From an uncultured Candidatus Saccharibacteria bacterium (GTDB taxonomy: Bacteria > Patescibacteriota > Minisyncoccia > Phycocordibacterales > JACOZG01), in assembly GCA_964360815.1 (NCBI GenBank), contig CAYHYA010000005.1, positions 1 to 44,162 of the forward strand: a DNA stretch of 44,162 nt, written 5' to 3'. The notes under the pieces were generated by a model, which ran no database searches, was not told the DNA's origin, and was given only the letters and a program-made list of their open reading frames with translations. Of this stretch, positions 25,591 to 35,524 are shown one piece after another; the first letter of the stretch is position 1, and the number at the start of each line of letters is the position of its first letter. Made by a program: the position numbers and the translations under genes.

Positions 25591-27446
25591 TATGGTTTTA
25601 AGAGAATTTTCATATGCTTACCGGTCTTTAATAATTTCCAAGCAGTTTCAAATTCATTAAGTGGTAGAATCGTATTGGTAAACGGGACCATGTTTAATTT
25701 AGGTAGAATTTTCAACGCCGCGCGGAAATCTTCACTTTCTGCCCCAACGGAGCCAACAATGACTTTTTCTAAACCAACGAGCTCTTCAAAGTTGTAATTT
25801 ATATTGGCATAAGGAAACCCCAACAACAAAATGGTGCTATCCACTTTACTATTTTGAAGTACTATATTTAGCGCTTCGGCTGTCCCCGTGGCTTCAACGA
25901 TCAAATTAAACTTGTTTAACCCTTCGATTACTGTTGCGGCATGATAAACAATATCATTTAACAATTTCAAGCGCTCAGAATTTTTGTCAAACACAGTTAC
26001 TTCGTGGCCCTCAAGTGACAGAATCTGGGCGCAAAAGTTACCGATGGGACCAGCCCCTACTACTCCCACACTAGAACCGTTGGCGAGCCGATTGTGCACT
26101 CTTCTGATTGCCCTAAGGACCACGGCCACCGGTTCTGCCAACGCCGCCAGCCTCAAGTCGTAGTTAGTATCAAGCTGGTGAATTGCCGTACCGGGGATTA
26201 CAAGATATGAAGAATAAGCTCCATTATGATTGACCACGCCAACTTCTTTGCGATTTGAACCTTCCCCTCGAGACAAAATACATTCACCAATTACCTTATC
26301 ACCAACGCTGAAGCGCTCTCTAAACTTATTGTTTGCTCCAACGCGTATAATGGTTCCCGAAAATTCATGACCCGGAGTAATTGGATATTTTGCGATCCCT
26401 TCTTTGTAATAGCCAAGTGTCCCTTCATAAACTTCTAAGTCCGTACGGCAAATACCTACATATTCAACTTTTACCAAAATATCCCCGGGGCGCATTTCTG
26501 GAATTGGCACTTGTCTAAATTTTGCCGAACCAACACCTTCAATAATGACCGCTTCATTCATCGGTAAGGGAAAGTAAAGATCTTCTCCGTCTCTTCTCAT
26601 ATCCAAATGACGGTCTTTAAACCAACCCTGCCGACTGCCCTTCCATTGATAGTATCGAAAGCGCAGAATTTCCTCGAGGCGTGATAATGACCAATTTGGA
26701 AACGAGGTAAGGGTGTCTAAAAATAAATTCAAAACGAGAGAAAAAATATCGAGTCGAACTTGTGGCGGGTGGGCTAACCCAATGCGTTGCGCCGCAATGG
26801 CTTCTCGACGATAACGATTGTAGACTTGATGCCATTTTTCATTATGAATATGATATATTGCCGCCTTGGGCGCGTAACAAATGCTGTATTCTTTTTCACG
26901 ATGGTATTTGGCCCAATCGATATCTTCCAAACCAAAAAGACGTTCATCAAATTTTCTTTTCTCCCACAAGTCTTTCTTGAGAGATGAGTTGGCGTTATTG
27001 GCAAAAATTGTCGGTACCCCATTATTAGTTGGCTCGGCGCTGAATAGTCTTAAAAAATCTCTTTTTTCAGAGAATTTTGACGTGTCATGACCAATTTGAC
27101 GGCCATAAACCATCGCCACTTTTTTATCTTTTTTAAAAGGTTCGATAAGATTTGTCAACCAGCTTTTATCAACTGGCAATACGTGAGCAGAGGCGCAAAC
27201 AATATATTTCCCAGCGGATGCTTCACACCCAACATTCAAGGAGTAGCCGAAGGTAAAATCCCGGCTTTCGATTTTTATTATTTTTGCCTTATGTTCTCTC
27301 GCTATTTCAAGAGTTTTGTCCGTAGAGCCAGAATCAACTACGACAATTTCATAATCTTTATAATTCTGCCTTTTGACCGCCTCGAGGAGGTTGCCTAAAT
27401 GTTTTTCTTCATTGAAGGTTCTTACAACAAGGCTAGTTTCCGGCAT
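25590..27446 (-). CDS. fusion protein: N-terminal family-2 glycosyltransferase + C-terminal medium-chain (zinc-type) alcohol/polyol dehydrogenase
   Basis: The N-terminus SLVVRTFNEEKHL...YEIVVVDSGSTDKT indicates a GT2/GT-A fold. The C-terminal roughly 300 aa carry GICRTDLEVYEG, PGHEFSG and VGVVGAGPIGNF, which are MDR catalytic-zinc and Rossmann motifs. It is one uninterrupted 618-aa ORF. Confidence 0.75.
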   Translation of the reverse strand: MPETSLVVRTFNEEKHLGNLLEAVKRQNYKDYEIVVVDSGSTDKTLEIAREHKAKIIKIESRDFTFGYSLNVGCEASAGKYIVCASAHVLPVDKSWLTNLIEPFKKDKKVAMVYGRQIGHDTSKFSEKRDFLRLFSAEPTNNGVPTIFANNANSSLKKDLWEKRKFDERLFGLEDIDWAKYHREKEYSICYAPKAAIYHIHNEKWHQVYNRYRREAIAAQRIGLAHPPQVRLDIFSLVLNLFLDTLTSFPNWSLSRLEEILRFRYYQWKGSRQGWFKDRHLDMRRDGEDLYFPLPMNEAVIIEGVGSAKFRQVPIPEMRPGDILVKVEYVGICRTDLEVYEGTLGYYKEGIAKYPITPGHEFSGTIIRVGANNKFRERFSVGDKVIGECILSRGEGSNRKEVGVVNHNGAYSSYLVIPGTAIHQLDTNYDLRLAALAEPVAVVLRAIRRVHNRLANGSSVGVVGAGPIGNFCAQILSLEGHEVTVFDKNSERLKLLNDIVYHAATVIEGLNKFNLIVEATGTAEALNIVLQNSKVDSTILLLGFPYANINYNFEELVGLEKVIVGSVGAESEDFRAALKILPKLNMVPFTNTILPLNEFETAWKLLKTGKHMKILLKP

Positions 27447-28227
27447 AAGTTTTTGCCAGCAGGTCTGAAGACATTTTCTTTTCTACTTTTTTTAGATCTT
27501 CTGGAGTATCCACACTGTACGTTTCGAACTCCCCATAAACCATTTTGACTTTATGACCATGCTCTATGACTCGGAGCATATCTATCGACTCAACCCCCTC
27601 TAGTGTTGTCCTCCCCCACGCATTAAATTTTTCGAGGAAATCCCTTTTAAACGGAATCACGCAAACTTGTTTAAACATTGGAGTGTCGCCACCTTTCCAC
27701 TTTTTCCTAGACGGAATTGGTTCACGAGAAAAATAGATTGCAAAATTGTTCTGATCGACAACGACCTTGGGACAATTTGGATCATTGTGTTCTTCAATAC
27801 TCCTGATAGGGGCCATGAGATTGAGGACTTCGATTGAGTCATCCTTGAGCATCGGCTCAAGCGCCAAATCAATCATTTCTGGAACAATCATTGGTTCATC
27901 CCCTTGAAGCATGACAACGATGTCAACTTTTTCTCTCGTTTCCTTTTCTATCTTAAGCAGGGCTTCGGCGGTAATGTCGGAGCATCCAGGATGATTGTCT
28001 CTTCCGATCACCCATTTGGCCCCGATCGATTTGGCATAATCCACAATTGTTTGGTCTGGGGTAACAATGTAGACTTCATTCAAAATACCACTCATTTTAG
28101 CCCGCTTGTAAACATGCCCAACCATCGGCATGCCTAAAATCTTTTCTAACGGTTTACCGGGATACCTCGTTGACCCCATTCTCGCGGGGATAAACGCTAC
28201 AATATTCAAGTTCTTCATGATTTTCAC
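27433..28227 (-). CDS. kdsB: CMP-ulosonic-acid synthetase family cytidylyltransferase (3-deoxy-manno-octulosonate cytidylyltransferase-like)
   Basis: AFIPARMGSTRYPGKPL, QGDEPMI, YFSREPIP and SVDTPEDL are collinear with my recollection of E. coli KdsB (IIPARYASTRLPGKPL, QGDEPMI, YFSRATIP, GVDTPEDL). The sugar specificity is not established. Confidence 0.65.
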   Translation of the reverse strand: MKIMKNLNIVAFIPARMGSTRYPGKPLEKILGMPMVGHVYKRAKMSGILNEVYIVTPDQTIVDYAKSIGAKWVIGRDNHPGCSDITAEALLKIEKETREKVDIVVMLQGDEPMIVPEMIDLALEPMLKDDSIEVLNLMAPIRSIEEHNDPNCPKVVVDQNNFAIYFSREPIPSRKKWKGGDTPMFKQVCVIPFKRDFLEKFNAWGRTTLEGVESIDMLRVIEHGHKVKMVYGEFETYSVDTPEDLKKVEKKMSSDLLAKTYAGN

Positions 28228-28793
28228 ATCTTGGACACGAGTCTAAAAATACCATCTTTAATGACAAAAGTATAGTTATGTAGCTTCGTCATTTTTTTCA
28301 TCAGTTTGATTGTTTCTCGATCAAAATGTCGAGCGTCGTCAATGAGGATATTGTGTCCCCTTATTGAATGAGCAAAAATCGCCTCTAATTCTTTTATAAT
28401 CGGCGCATTGGTGGACGTAATTTCTCCGCTACCATGGGCATCTAACCAAAATAAGGCCGGCTCATTAATCTCTAGTAAAATTTTCTTAATCTCGACAGCG
28501 CTATCACCCAACAATAATTCTATCTGTGTTTTGTCTTGGAAGCGTTCCCGAGCTTGGCGGTAAAGATTTTGATTAATTTCAACGGAATAAACTTGTTCGA
28601 ATTTATCACCGATCTTTTTTATCATCCAACCATTTTCCGTGCCGGTTTCGACAAACGTTACCATGTCGGGTGTTTTATATTGGAGTAAAATAGTAGCCTT
28701 TTCTTCTGGCCTGATTTTTATCCCCAACGAGGGGTGGAGAATGCCGACCATGGCCAGAGTTTTTTTTATGTAATATTTTAGATAATTAAACAT
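28224..28793 (-). CDS. putative class I SAM-dependent methyltransferase
   Basis: FVETGTENG...YSVEIN...LLLGDSAVEI...PALFWLDAHGSG...ILIDDARHF is a pattern I associate with small Rossmann methyltransferases in polysaccharide loci. An ATGA overlap joins it to the upstream gene. Confidence 0.5.
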   Translation of the reverse strand: MFNYLKYYIKKTLAMVGILHPSLGIKIRPEEKATILLQYKTPDMVTFVETGTENGWMIKKIGDKFEQVYSVEINQNLYRQARERFQDKTQIELLLGDSAVEIKKILLEINEPALFWLDAHGSGEITSTNAPIIKELEAIFAHSIRGHNILIDDARHFDRETIKLMKKMTKLHNYTFVIKDGIFRLVSKM

Positions 28794-28804
28794 CGAGGGA
28801 GTTC

Positions 28805-29722
28805 TTACACCTCTTCAAATTCCAGATGCTTGATCTGCTCATGTTGATTTTCAATTTTACCAAATTTGGCAATTGTATAAGGATTCGGGTAAAAAGCTTC
28901 TTCTGGTGATAAGTTAATGAATACCCCGGCCGCAATATCTTTTTTCACAAAATAAGCATCGTGGCCATGGACATCACAGGCGACTAAGATATACCCCATT
29001 TCTTCAGCTAATTTTGATAGAGCAGTGAGTGAAGCTCCGAAGTATAAAGAATCTTTTTGATAATGCAGGTGAGGATTATATTTTATAGTTATTGGTCTGA
29101 ATCCCAAAGAGGCATTATACTCCATCACCACTACTCGTGGGTTAATAACCGTAATTGATCGCCAGATCCAATAATCGTTACTGTCAATGTCGATAGATAA
29201 TAAATCTATCTCGCCTTGCATCCCCCCCCTCTTAATAAGTTGGTTTATGTTTTCCGCCGTCACAAATTCGGCAATCATTTTAATCTTCGTCGAAAAATTA
29301 CCCAACTTTTTTTGGTAAAAATTTTGAGCAGACCTTATCCAGTCTTCATTTGCATCGATTAAAAGACCATTCCAACCGAAATTAAAAGAGAGATTCGCAG
29401 TGTTGCATTCCAGGCCGTTTTCCACTCCGATTTCCACAAAAGTTCGATTGGTTACACCAATTTTTGAAAAGATATAGGCAAGTATTCCATCTCCGCCGTG
29501 TTTTGAATAAACTTTAAATTCCGCATTTCTGAAAGCAAGCTTCTGGCTCATCTCCGAAGAAGCAATGTCTCGATATTGGCTAAAAAATACAGAATTTAAT
29601 CTCTCCTCAAGAACTCCGATCTTTTCTGGATAGAAAATATCTTTTGCTAGATTAAAAATTTTTCGTGGCAAATTTTTTTTAATTATCTGTTTTGGGTTCA
29701 TAATTTGATATGATCTGATCAA
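28805..29722 (-). CDS. FkbM-like methyltransferase-domain protein (tentative)
   Basis: FVEIGVENGLECNTANLSFNFGWNGLLIDANEDW resembles the FkbM-family pattern (FVxIGAxDG..SNT......GWxGxxIE). An alternative start is at 29701. Confidence 0.4.
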   Translation of the reverse strand: MIRSYQIMNPKQIIKKNLPRKIFNLAKDIFYPEKIGVLEERLNSVFFSQYRDIASSEMSQKLAFRNAEFKVYSKHGGDGILAYIFSKIGVTNRTFVEIGVENGLECNTANLSFNFGWNGLLIDANEDWIRSAQNFYQKKLGNFSTKIKMIAEFVTAENINQLIKRGGMQGEIDLLSIDIDSNDYWIWRSITVINPRVVVMEYNASLGFRPITIKYNPHLHYQKDSLYFGASLTALSKLAEEMGYILVACDVHGHDAYFVKKDIAAGVFINLSPEEAFYPNPYTIAKFGKIENQHEQIKHLEFEEV

Positions 29723-30914
29723 CTTTTTCTCTAAGATTAAAATTAGTCCTTATTCTTTCATAACCAGCTTTGCCGAATTTTCCTGCTTTTTCGGGATTTT
29801 TTAATAAATCAATAATTTTCCCAGCCATTTTTTTTATGTTAAATGGATTTACAACATAACCCGTTATCCCATCTTCAATAATTTCTGGTGCGCCACCATA
29901 GCAAGTACCAACCACTGGTTTGCCCGCGGCCATGGCCTCGAGAATAACTCGAGGGAAGGCATCAAGGCAGATCGACGGCACCAAGACAATATCTGCACTA
30001 GCGTAAGCAGTTTTCATCTCCGTTCGTTCGACCCAACCCGTAAAAATCAGATTTTCTACTACTCCCAGACGGCCTGCCAACTCTTTTAATTTCTCCGTGT
30101 AACCATCAATTCTCCCGACGATTACGAGTGTCACATTAGGATCAGTTTTTACTATTTTTGACATGATTTCAACTGCCTTTCCTCCGCCTTTGGCCTCGCT
30201 TAGACGGCCTCCAAAAAAAATAACCTTCTTATTTTCAAGCTTATGGTTTCTCTTGAATTCGGAGACCTGCGCGAGAATGGTATGATAGGAACCTAGATCA
30301 ATCCCCGTTTGAATCACCCCTACATTCTTTATACCATTCTGTTCAAGTGCCCGTCTCAGAGAATCGCTCACCGCCAATAGTTTGTCCGGATATCTTAAAT
30401 ATCTTCTAATCAAGAAGTTGCGGAATGGATTCCATCTCTTTCTGGCCTGTTTCAGATGATCCCACCACGTTGTCCGAGAATCAAAATTCTTTAAGTACCG
30501 TTTGGTCGTCAGCTTGCCATAATTAAAAGACATCACATCACGAGCGGTCCACACAAGCACTTGGGCATATTTTTTTGCCAGTTTTAGAGAATAATAAGAA
30601 AGATGTTGATGCAGATTATTGGCGTACACTATATTCGGTTTCAAGTTTGCCAAAATTTTTTCTACCTGACGAACTACCGATCGATTATACAAACTTATAT
30701 ACGCACGCCACCGATTCGAATAATTACTCATTATCTGGAAAATCCTTAATCCCCGATAATCGAATTCCCCGGCCTCACTTTTCCCCCGGCAAGTGGTAAT
30801 AATAAAAACTTCATGCCCGGCCCTTTTCATTTCCAGAGCTAATTCGTAAGTAGAAATCCCCGCCCCCCCGAAACTTATCGGTGGAAAATCATCTGAAAGA
30901 AATACAATTTTCAT
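29679..30914 (-). CDS. family-4 (GT-B) glycosyltransferase
   Basis: The N-terminus is KIVFLSDDFPPISFGGAG. The C-terminal ILEAMAAGKPVVGTCYGGAPEIIEDGITGYVV is the EX7E-type GT4 motif. Confidence 0.8.
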   Translation of the reverse strand: MKIVFLSDDFPPISFGGAGISTYELALEMKRAGHEVFIITTCRGKSEAGEFDYRGLRIFQIMSNYSNRWRAYISLYNRSVVRQVEKILANLKPNIVYANNLHQHLSYYSLKLAKKYAQVLVWTARDVMSFNYGKLTTKRYLKNFDSRTTWWDHLKQARKRWNPFRNFLIRRYLRYPDKLLAVSDSLRRALEQNGIKNVGVIQTGIDLGSYHTILAQVSEFKRNHKLENKKVIFFGGRLSEAKGGGKAVEIMSKIVKTDPNVTLVIVGRIDGYTEKLKELAGRLGVVENLIFTGWVERTEMKTAYASADIVLVPSICLDAFPRVILEAMAAGKPVVGTCYGGAPEIIEDGITGYVVNPFNIKKMAGKIIDLLKNPEKAGKFGKAGYERIRTNFNLREKVDQIISNYEPKTDN

Positions 30915-32665
30915 GGATTAAAGTGGTAGATCACCAAATCTCCAAACTCTATCTTCTTTTCAAGATATTTATATTTATCCAAGTTCCATAGCGGGTCTGT
31001 CGCTTTGTCCCAAACAATATACTCCACTTCATATTTAATCCAAACATTTTTTAGCCACTCCGCCGTTGGAGTGGCAAGTGTCTTCTTGTACTCTGCGATA
31101 ACTTCCTCTATTTTCTCATCCGGAATTGCCTCGTATGAACCGAGAAGTTCCCGGTAATGTATGCCGTAGATTTCCCCCGAAATAACCTTGCGTTCCTTGA
31201 AAAAAACTTCTCGTACTTCCTCTTTACCAACCCCACGAAGTCTGTAGGGGGCGAATACCGTATCATACACACGGGTATTTGTAGCGGTAAGAGAAGAAAA
31301 CAACGCTGCTCGGTGATAAAAAACATTGAGTGGCGTATAAATAACCGTCATATGAGATGCTTCGTTATTCGCAAACACCACCGCCTCTTTTTGAGCATTT
31401 TCATTTAACCACCTCATCACCGGACCATATTTTTGTCGTTCAACGGCAATGTCTCCCCCGTCGCGCCGATCATAGTAATAAGAATGTAGTTGTGTAAACA
31501 CACCCACTAATATACTTACAGATATAATAAGAATGGCTATTGGTTTTCTATACGAGTTAAGTCCCCGATGAGCAAATTGGTAAAATATTGCTATGCACAC
31601 CAGTATGAAAGCCAACGGTTTATTAAAAAACCAATGATAATGTTCTACTTCTAAGACTTTTCCGGTAATGATTTGTTGGTTGTATGTTACAAAAGCGGCA
31701 AGAAGCAATGCTAGGCCAAAAAAATATTTGTCCTTATCTTCTCGTGGAAAGCCCAGAAGAAAAATAATTAGCGCGACAATTACCGTAAACCCTACAAAAA
31801 GCGGAGTATGAGAGACCAAAAGACCGATCCGTGAACCAACTTCTTCATAATTGCTGTGCTGTGTGACGCGATAGAGATTTATTATATATGGAGTAGCTAC
31901 TAATAGAGCGCCGATAAAGACACTTGATATCCCTATTGCTTCGCGCCATTTTTTCCGTATAAGAAGAATCGGAACCAAAACACCCCCAAAGCCATAAAGA
32001 AAAGTCCAGGTGTAAAAATAGTTATAAAAATTCAAGCCAAGCAATATGGCGCTTATCATTCCGTATCTCCAATCCTGTTTTTTGTAGAACAACCAAAAAG
32101 TTATTAAAAATCCAAACAAAAGAATATACACCATGGCTGGATTGACCGGCCTTCCTATTCTTAAAAAATTGTCGGGACTAAGACCGTGAAGCAATGAGGA
32201 TAAACCAGAAAAAGTTAAAAGTGTGTAAGCAAGAACAAGAACTGACGCACTTGATAGCGCGGCAAGCTTGTCCGTGGATAACAATAGTACAAAGACATAG
32301 AACAACATAAAGACGGTGAAGGTAAGAACAAACCGAGACAGTAAGAAAGTGTTGTTGATGTCCAGACCAAACACCTTACCCATATAACCCACCGCCATTG
32401 ATCCGAGTGATTGCAAAAGATAGGGTTGATCTTTCCCGTCTTTTTGGTATATATTGCCAAAATTTGGATGACCATCTTGGACTTCCCGCACCCGCGCCGA
32501 CCATGGTGAATCTGGTAAGAGCTCTATACCCTGATATACACCGTCGTTTCTATGCTCAATACGAAAATAGACTTGCGGAAAAGTAACGATGATACTCGCC
32601 AGCAGAGCAAGAAGAATGGCAACCTTGTGTTCATGAATAATCTGCATAAATCGACTTGTGCTCAT
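30911..32665 (-). CDS. polytopic membrane protein, candidate GT-C-type glycosyltransferase/polymerase
   Basis: 584 aa with about 11 hydrophobic helices followed by a roughly 190-aa soluble C-terminal domain. I recognised no diagnostic motif. The call rests on topology and context. Confidence 0.35.
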   Translation of the reverse strand: MSTSRFMQIIHEHKVAILLALLASIIVTFPQVYFRIEHRNDGVYQGIELLPDSPWSARVREVQDGHPNFGNIYQKDGKDQPYLLQSLGSMAVGYMGKVFGLDINNTFLLSRFVLTFTVFMLFYVFVLLLSTDKLAALSSASVLVLAYTLLTFSGLSSLLHGLSPDNFLRIGRPVNPAMVYILLFGFLITFWLFYKKQDWRYGMISAILLGLNFYNYFYTWTFLYGFGGVLVPILLIRKKWREAIGISSVFIGALLVATPYIINLYRVTQHSNYEEVGSRIGLLVSHTPLFVGFTVIVALIIFLLGFPREDKDKYFFGLALLLAAFVTYNQQIITGKVLEVEHYHWFFNKPLAFILVCIAIFYQFAHRGLNSYRKPIAILIISVSILVGVFTQLHSYYYDRRDGGDIAVERQKYGPVMRWLNENAQKEAVVFANNEASHMTVIYTPLNVFYHRAALFSSLTATNTRVYDTVFAPYRLRGVGKEEVREVFFKERKVISGEIYGIHYRELLGSYEAIPDEKIEEVIAEYKKTLATPTAEWLKNVWIKYEVEYIVWDKATDPLWNLDKYKYLEKKIEFGDLVIYHFNP

Positions 32666-33270
32666 ACTCTTTTTCTCATGATAAATGTCGGGGAAAGCAA
32701 TCCGACCATTCTTTTTATTTTGAAAAAGAAGAAGTTAATGTAGGGGAAATATCCATACATTTCATACCCAGTGGCAATTTTTTTAATATCCTTCATATGA
32801 AAAAATTGCTTGTGATCAGGATTTTGAAGCTTCTTAGGGGTCCAGCCCCATAATTTAACCACGTAGTAGAACCAAAAATAAGAATTGGGAGTTGTTATGA
32901 TTGAAGTCCCTCCTCTTGCAAGAGTTCGATCGATCTCAGAAATCAAAAATCTTGGCTTATATAAATGCTCAATGACATCTGTACACCAAATAAGATCGAA
33001 AGAGTCGTCTGCAAAGGGAAATCCCTTTTCAATGTCATGTTTTATGGCTTCTGGGTATTTTGGCTCAATATCGATAGAAACAACCTTATAGCCAAACTCT
33101 TTTAATCTTTCTGACCAATAGCCATCTCGACAACCGATATCAAGTGCTCTTTTTTTATTCCCATTTTGGGGAACCATGGATAGGGAGATCATTTTTTCTG
33201 CCGCACTATGTTTATATTCGGCCTGCCCTAGATCAATAGGCATTTTTTTTAGTAATGATATTAAATTCAT
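32662..33270 (-). CDS. class I SAM-dependent methyltransferase
   Basis: Motif I is ALDIGCRDGYWS. The motif II/III region is FDLIWCTDVIEHL. Confidence 0.75.
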   Translation of the reverse strand: MNLISLLKKMPIDLGQAEYKHSAAEKMISLSMVPQNGNKKRALDIGCRDGYWSERLKEFGYKVVSIDIEPKYPEAIKHDIEKGFPFADDSFDLIWCTDVIEHLYKPRFLISEIDRTLARGGTSIITTPNSYFWFYYVVKLWGWTPKKLQNPDHKQFFHMKDIKKIATGYEMYGYFPYINFFFFKIKRMVGLLSPTFIMRKRV

Positions 33271-33286
33271 TTGAGATTGACTATCG

Positions 33287-34384
33287 CTATTTAGTTAAAA
33301 AACTTTTTATTTGAGTGACCACTCTTTTGACTTGAAGATTTGTCAAAAGGGGGTGGATAGGTAGAGATAAAATTTCGTGGCAGTACTTTTCTGTTTTTGG
33401 CAAACTTATTTTACCTAATCTGGTTGTCACCGCCGGTTGAAGATGGCAGGGTATTGGATAATGAATGCCGGTAAAAATATTTTTTCGGCGTAAATAATCA
33501 GCCAATTTATCTCTTTTTTTTGTCCTAATTACATACATATGGTAAACGGATTTTCCCAGCGGCTCTTCGGTCGGCAAGACAAGGGGTAAATCCTTAAGCA
33601 GTTTATTATAGAGCGCAGCAATCTGTCTCCGTCGATCATTAAATTTGTTTAAACGTCTCAGCTGCACCAAACCGATGGCCGCCTGAATTTCATTCGCCCT
33701 CATATTGAAACCGACAAATTGATGGGTGTACTTGTCTTGCCGACCGTGGTCTCGAAGCATTCTAACTTTTTTAATCAATTCCATGTCGTTACTCAACATG
33801 GCCCCACCATCACCCAAAAAAGTCAAGTTTTTTGACGGAAAAAAACTAAAGAAAGAAGCCCCGCCTAAAGACCCGACTTTTTTCCCATGATACTCCGCTC
33901 CGTGCGCCTGACAACAATCCTCAAGCAATATTAGACTATATTTTTTTGCTAAACTGGTAATTTTTTTTAGGTTAACCGGGTTGCCATATAAATGCACCGG
34001 CAAAATAACTTTTGTTTTTTTGGTAATTTTTTTTTCAATCAGATCGGGGTTGATATTATAACTGTCATCAATATCAACAAAAACTGGCTTGGCTCCGACG
34101 TGAAATATCGGTTCAATGGTAGGAAAGGCGGTGAGAGATGGGACAATGATCTCATCCCCCGGACCAATACCCAAGGCCATAAAAGTTAGTTGCATAACCG
34201 AGGTGGCAGAATTAGAAAGAACACAAAACTTTTGCCCAATAAATTCGGCAAATTTTTTTTCAAATTCCTGACAATTATCCTTTAAAATATACTCCCGAGA
34301 ATCAATCACCTGTAGGACTTTCTTTTTTAAATCTTCGCCAATGTAAACTTCCGACAAATTTATTTTATTTTTAGAAATACTCAT
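33287..34384 (-). CDS. DegT/DnrJ/EryC1/StrS-family PLP-dependent sugar aminotransferase
   Basis: 365 aa with ...VPSLTAFPT..., HLYGNP, SFFPSKNLTFLGDGG (PLP-Lys region) and LRDHG. Confidence 0.85.
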   Translation of the reverse strand: MSISKNKINLSEVYIGEDLKKKVLQVIDSREYILKDNCQEFEKKFAEFIGQKFCVLSNSATSVMQLTFMALGIGPGDEIIVPSLTAFPTIEPIFHVGAKPVFVDIDDSYNINPDLIEKKITKKTKVILPVHLYGNPVNLKKITSLAKKYSLILLEDCCQAHGAEYHGKKVGSLGGASFFSFFPSKNLTFLGDGGAMLSNDMELIKKVRMLRDHGRQDKYTHQFVGFNMRANEIQAAIGLVQLRRLNKFNDRRRQIAALYNKLLKDLPLVLPTEEPLGKSVYHMYVIRTKKRDKLADYLRRKNIFTGIHYPIPCHLQPAVTTRLGKISLPKTEKYCHEILSLPIHPLLTNLQVKRVVTQIKSFLTK

Positions 34385-34396
34385 ATTTTTACGTTT

Positions 34397-35470
34397 TTAT
34401 TTTTGCCCCCTTCCTAGTCTTGAGCTTTCCGGATCATTATTTAGAAAAACTTCTTTCCTTGTTTCTATCGATTTATAAATGGCATGTATAAGCCTCAATG
34501 CTTTCCTGCCCTCGTTTCCATCAACAAAAGCCTTTTTCTTATTGATAATGGCATCAACAACATCTTTCAAATATTGAGCGTGTCCAAAACCGTAAACGCT
34601 GGGTGGAGATGTTTTGTATCTAATTAGAGCATCTTCGTCACCCTGCTCCTTGTCCTCAAATTGCCACACCCTCATTTCGTTGGCGGCAAAACCACCAACC
34701 TCGGCCGTCCCCCGACTGCCTAAAATACTTATAGAACCCTCTATGTTTGTTGGACGAGTGGCGGTAGTCGCCTCGATCAAACCCAGGGTGCCATTTTTAA
34801 ATTTTAAAGATACTATTCCAGTATCTTCGGCTTCAATTTTAGCAAAGGCGTTTGTCGATCTAGCAAAGACACTTTCCGTTTCTCCTACAAGCCACTCCAA
34901 CAAATCTAGGTGGTGACTGGCCTGCTGAGAAAAAACACCTCCATCCATTTTCCACGTGCCTCGCCATTCATCCATATCATAATAATCTTGGTGCCGGCAC
35001 CAACGAACCCGCACTGTGGCCAAAAAGATCTTGCCGAATCTTTTTTGTTTTATGGCCTCTTTTAACTTAGAAATCGGATAATTATATCTATTCTGTTTGA
35101 CAACAAATAATCGACACTTATTTTTCCTGCAAGAATCGATCATTTTATCAGCATCGTTAATTTTTAAAGCAATGGGTTTTTCAACCACAATATGTTTGCC
35201 ATATCGAGACAAATCAATTGTGTGGGCGGCGTGATTCCCGCTTTCGGTCAGAACATTAAAAACATCTATCTCGGGGTGCTTCTTTGCCATCTCGTGATAA
35301 CCGGTATAATAAGGGACATTATATTTTTTACCCAATTCCTCCGCTCTATTAAGTTTAATGTCACAAACAGCGACAAGGTTTGCCTCTTTAATCTCATTAG
35401 CCAATATGGGTGCATGCTTGGTGTCGGCAATCCGGCCACAACCAACAAGAGCAAAATTCAGTTTCTTCAT
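34397..35470 (-). CDS. Gfo/Idh/MocA-family NAD(P)-dependent sugar oxidoreductase (WbpB-like)
   Basis: The N-terminus has LNFALVGCGRIA and there is an EKP motif (VVEKPIAL). It sits next to the DegT aminotransferase. Confidence 0.8.
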   Translation of the reverse strand: MKKLNFALVGCGRIADTKHAPILANEIKEANLVAVCDIKLNRAEELGKKYNVPYYTGYHEMAKKHPEIDVFNVLTESGNHAAHTIDLSRYGKHIVVEKPIALKINDADKMIDSCRKNKCRLFVVKQNRYNYPISKLKEAIKQKRFGKIFLATVRVRWCRHQDYYDMDEWRGTWKMDGGVFSQQASHHLDLLEWLVGETESVFARSTNAFAKIEAEDTGIVSLKFKNGTLGLIEATTATRPTNIEGSISILGSRGTAEVGGFAANEMRVWQFEDKEQGDEDALIRYKTSPPSVYGFGHAQYLKDVVDAIINKKKAFVDGNEGRKALRLIHAIYKSIETRKEVFLNNDPESSRLGRGQK

Positions 35471-35524
35471 ATTTCTAGTATTATCGTTACATTATATAGT
35501 TTATTTTTTCTTTGCAAGTAGAGT

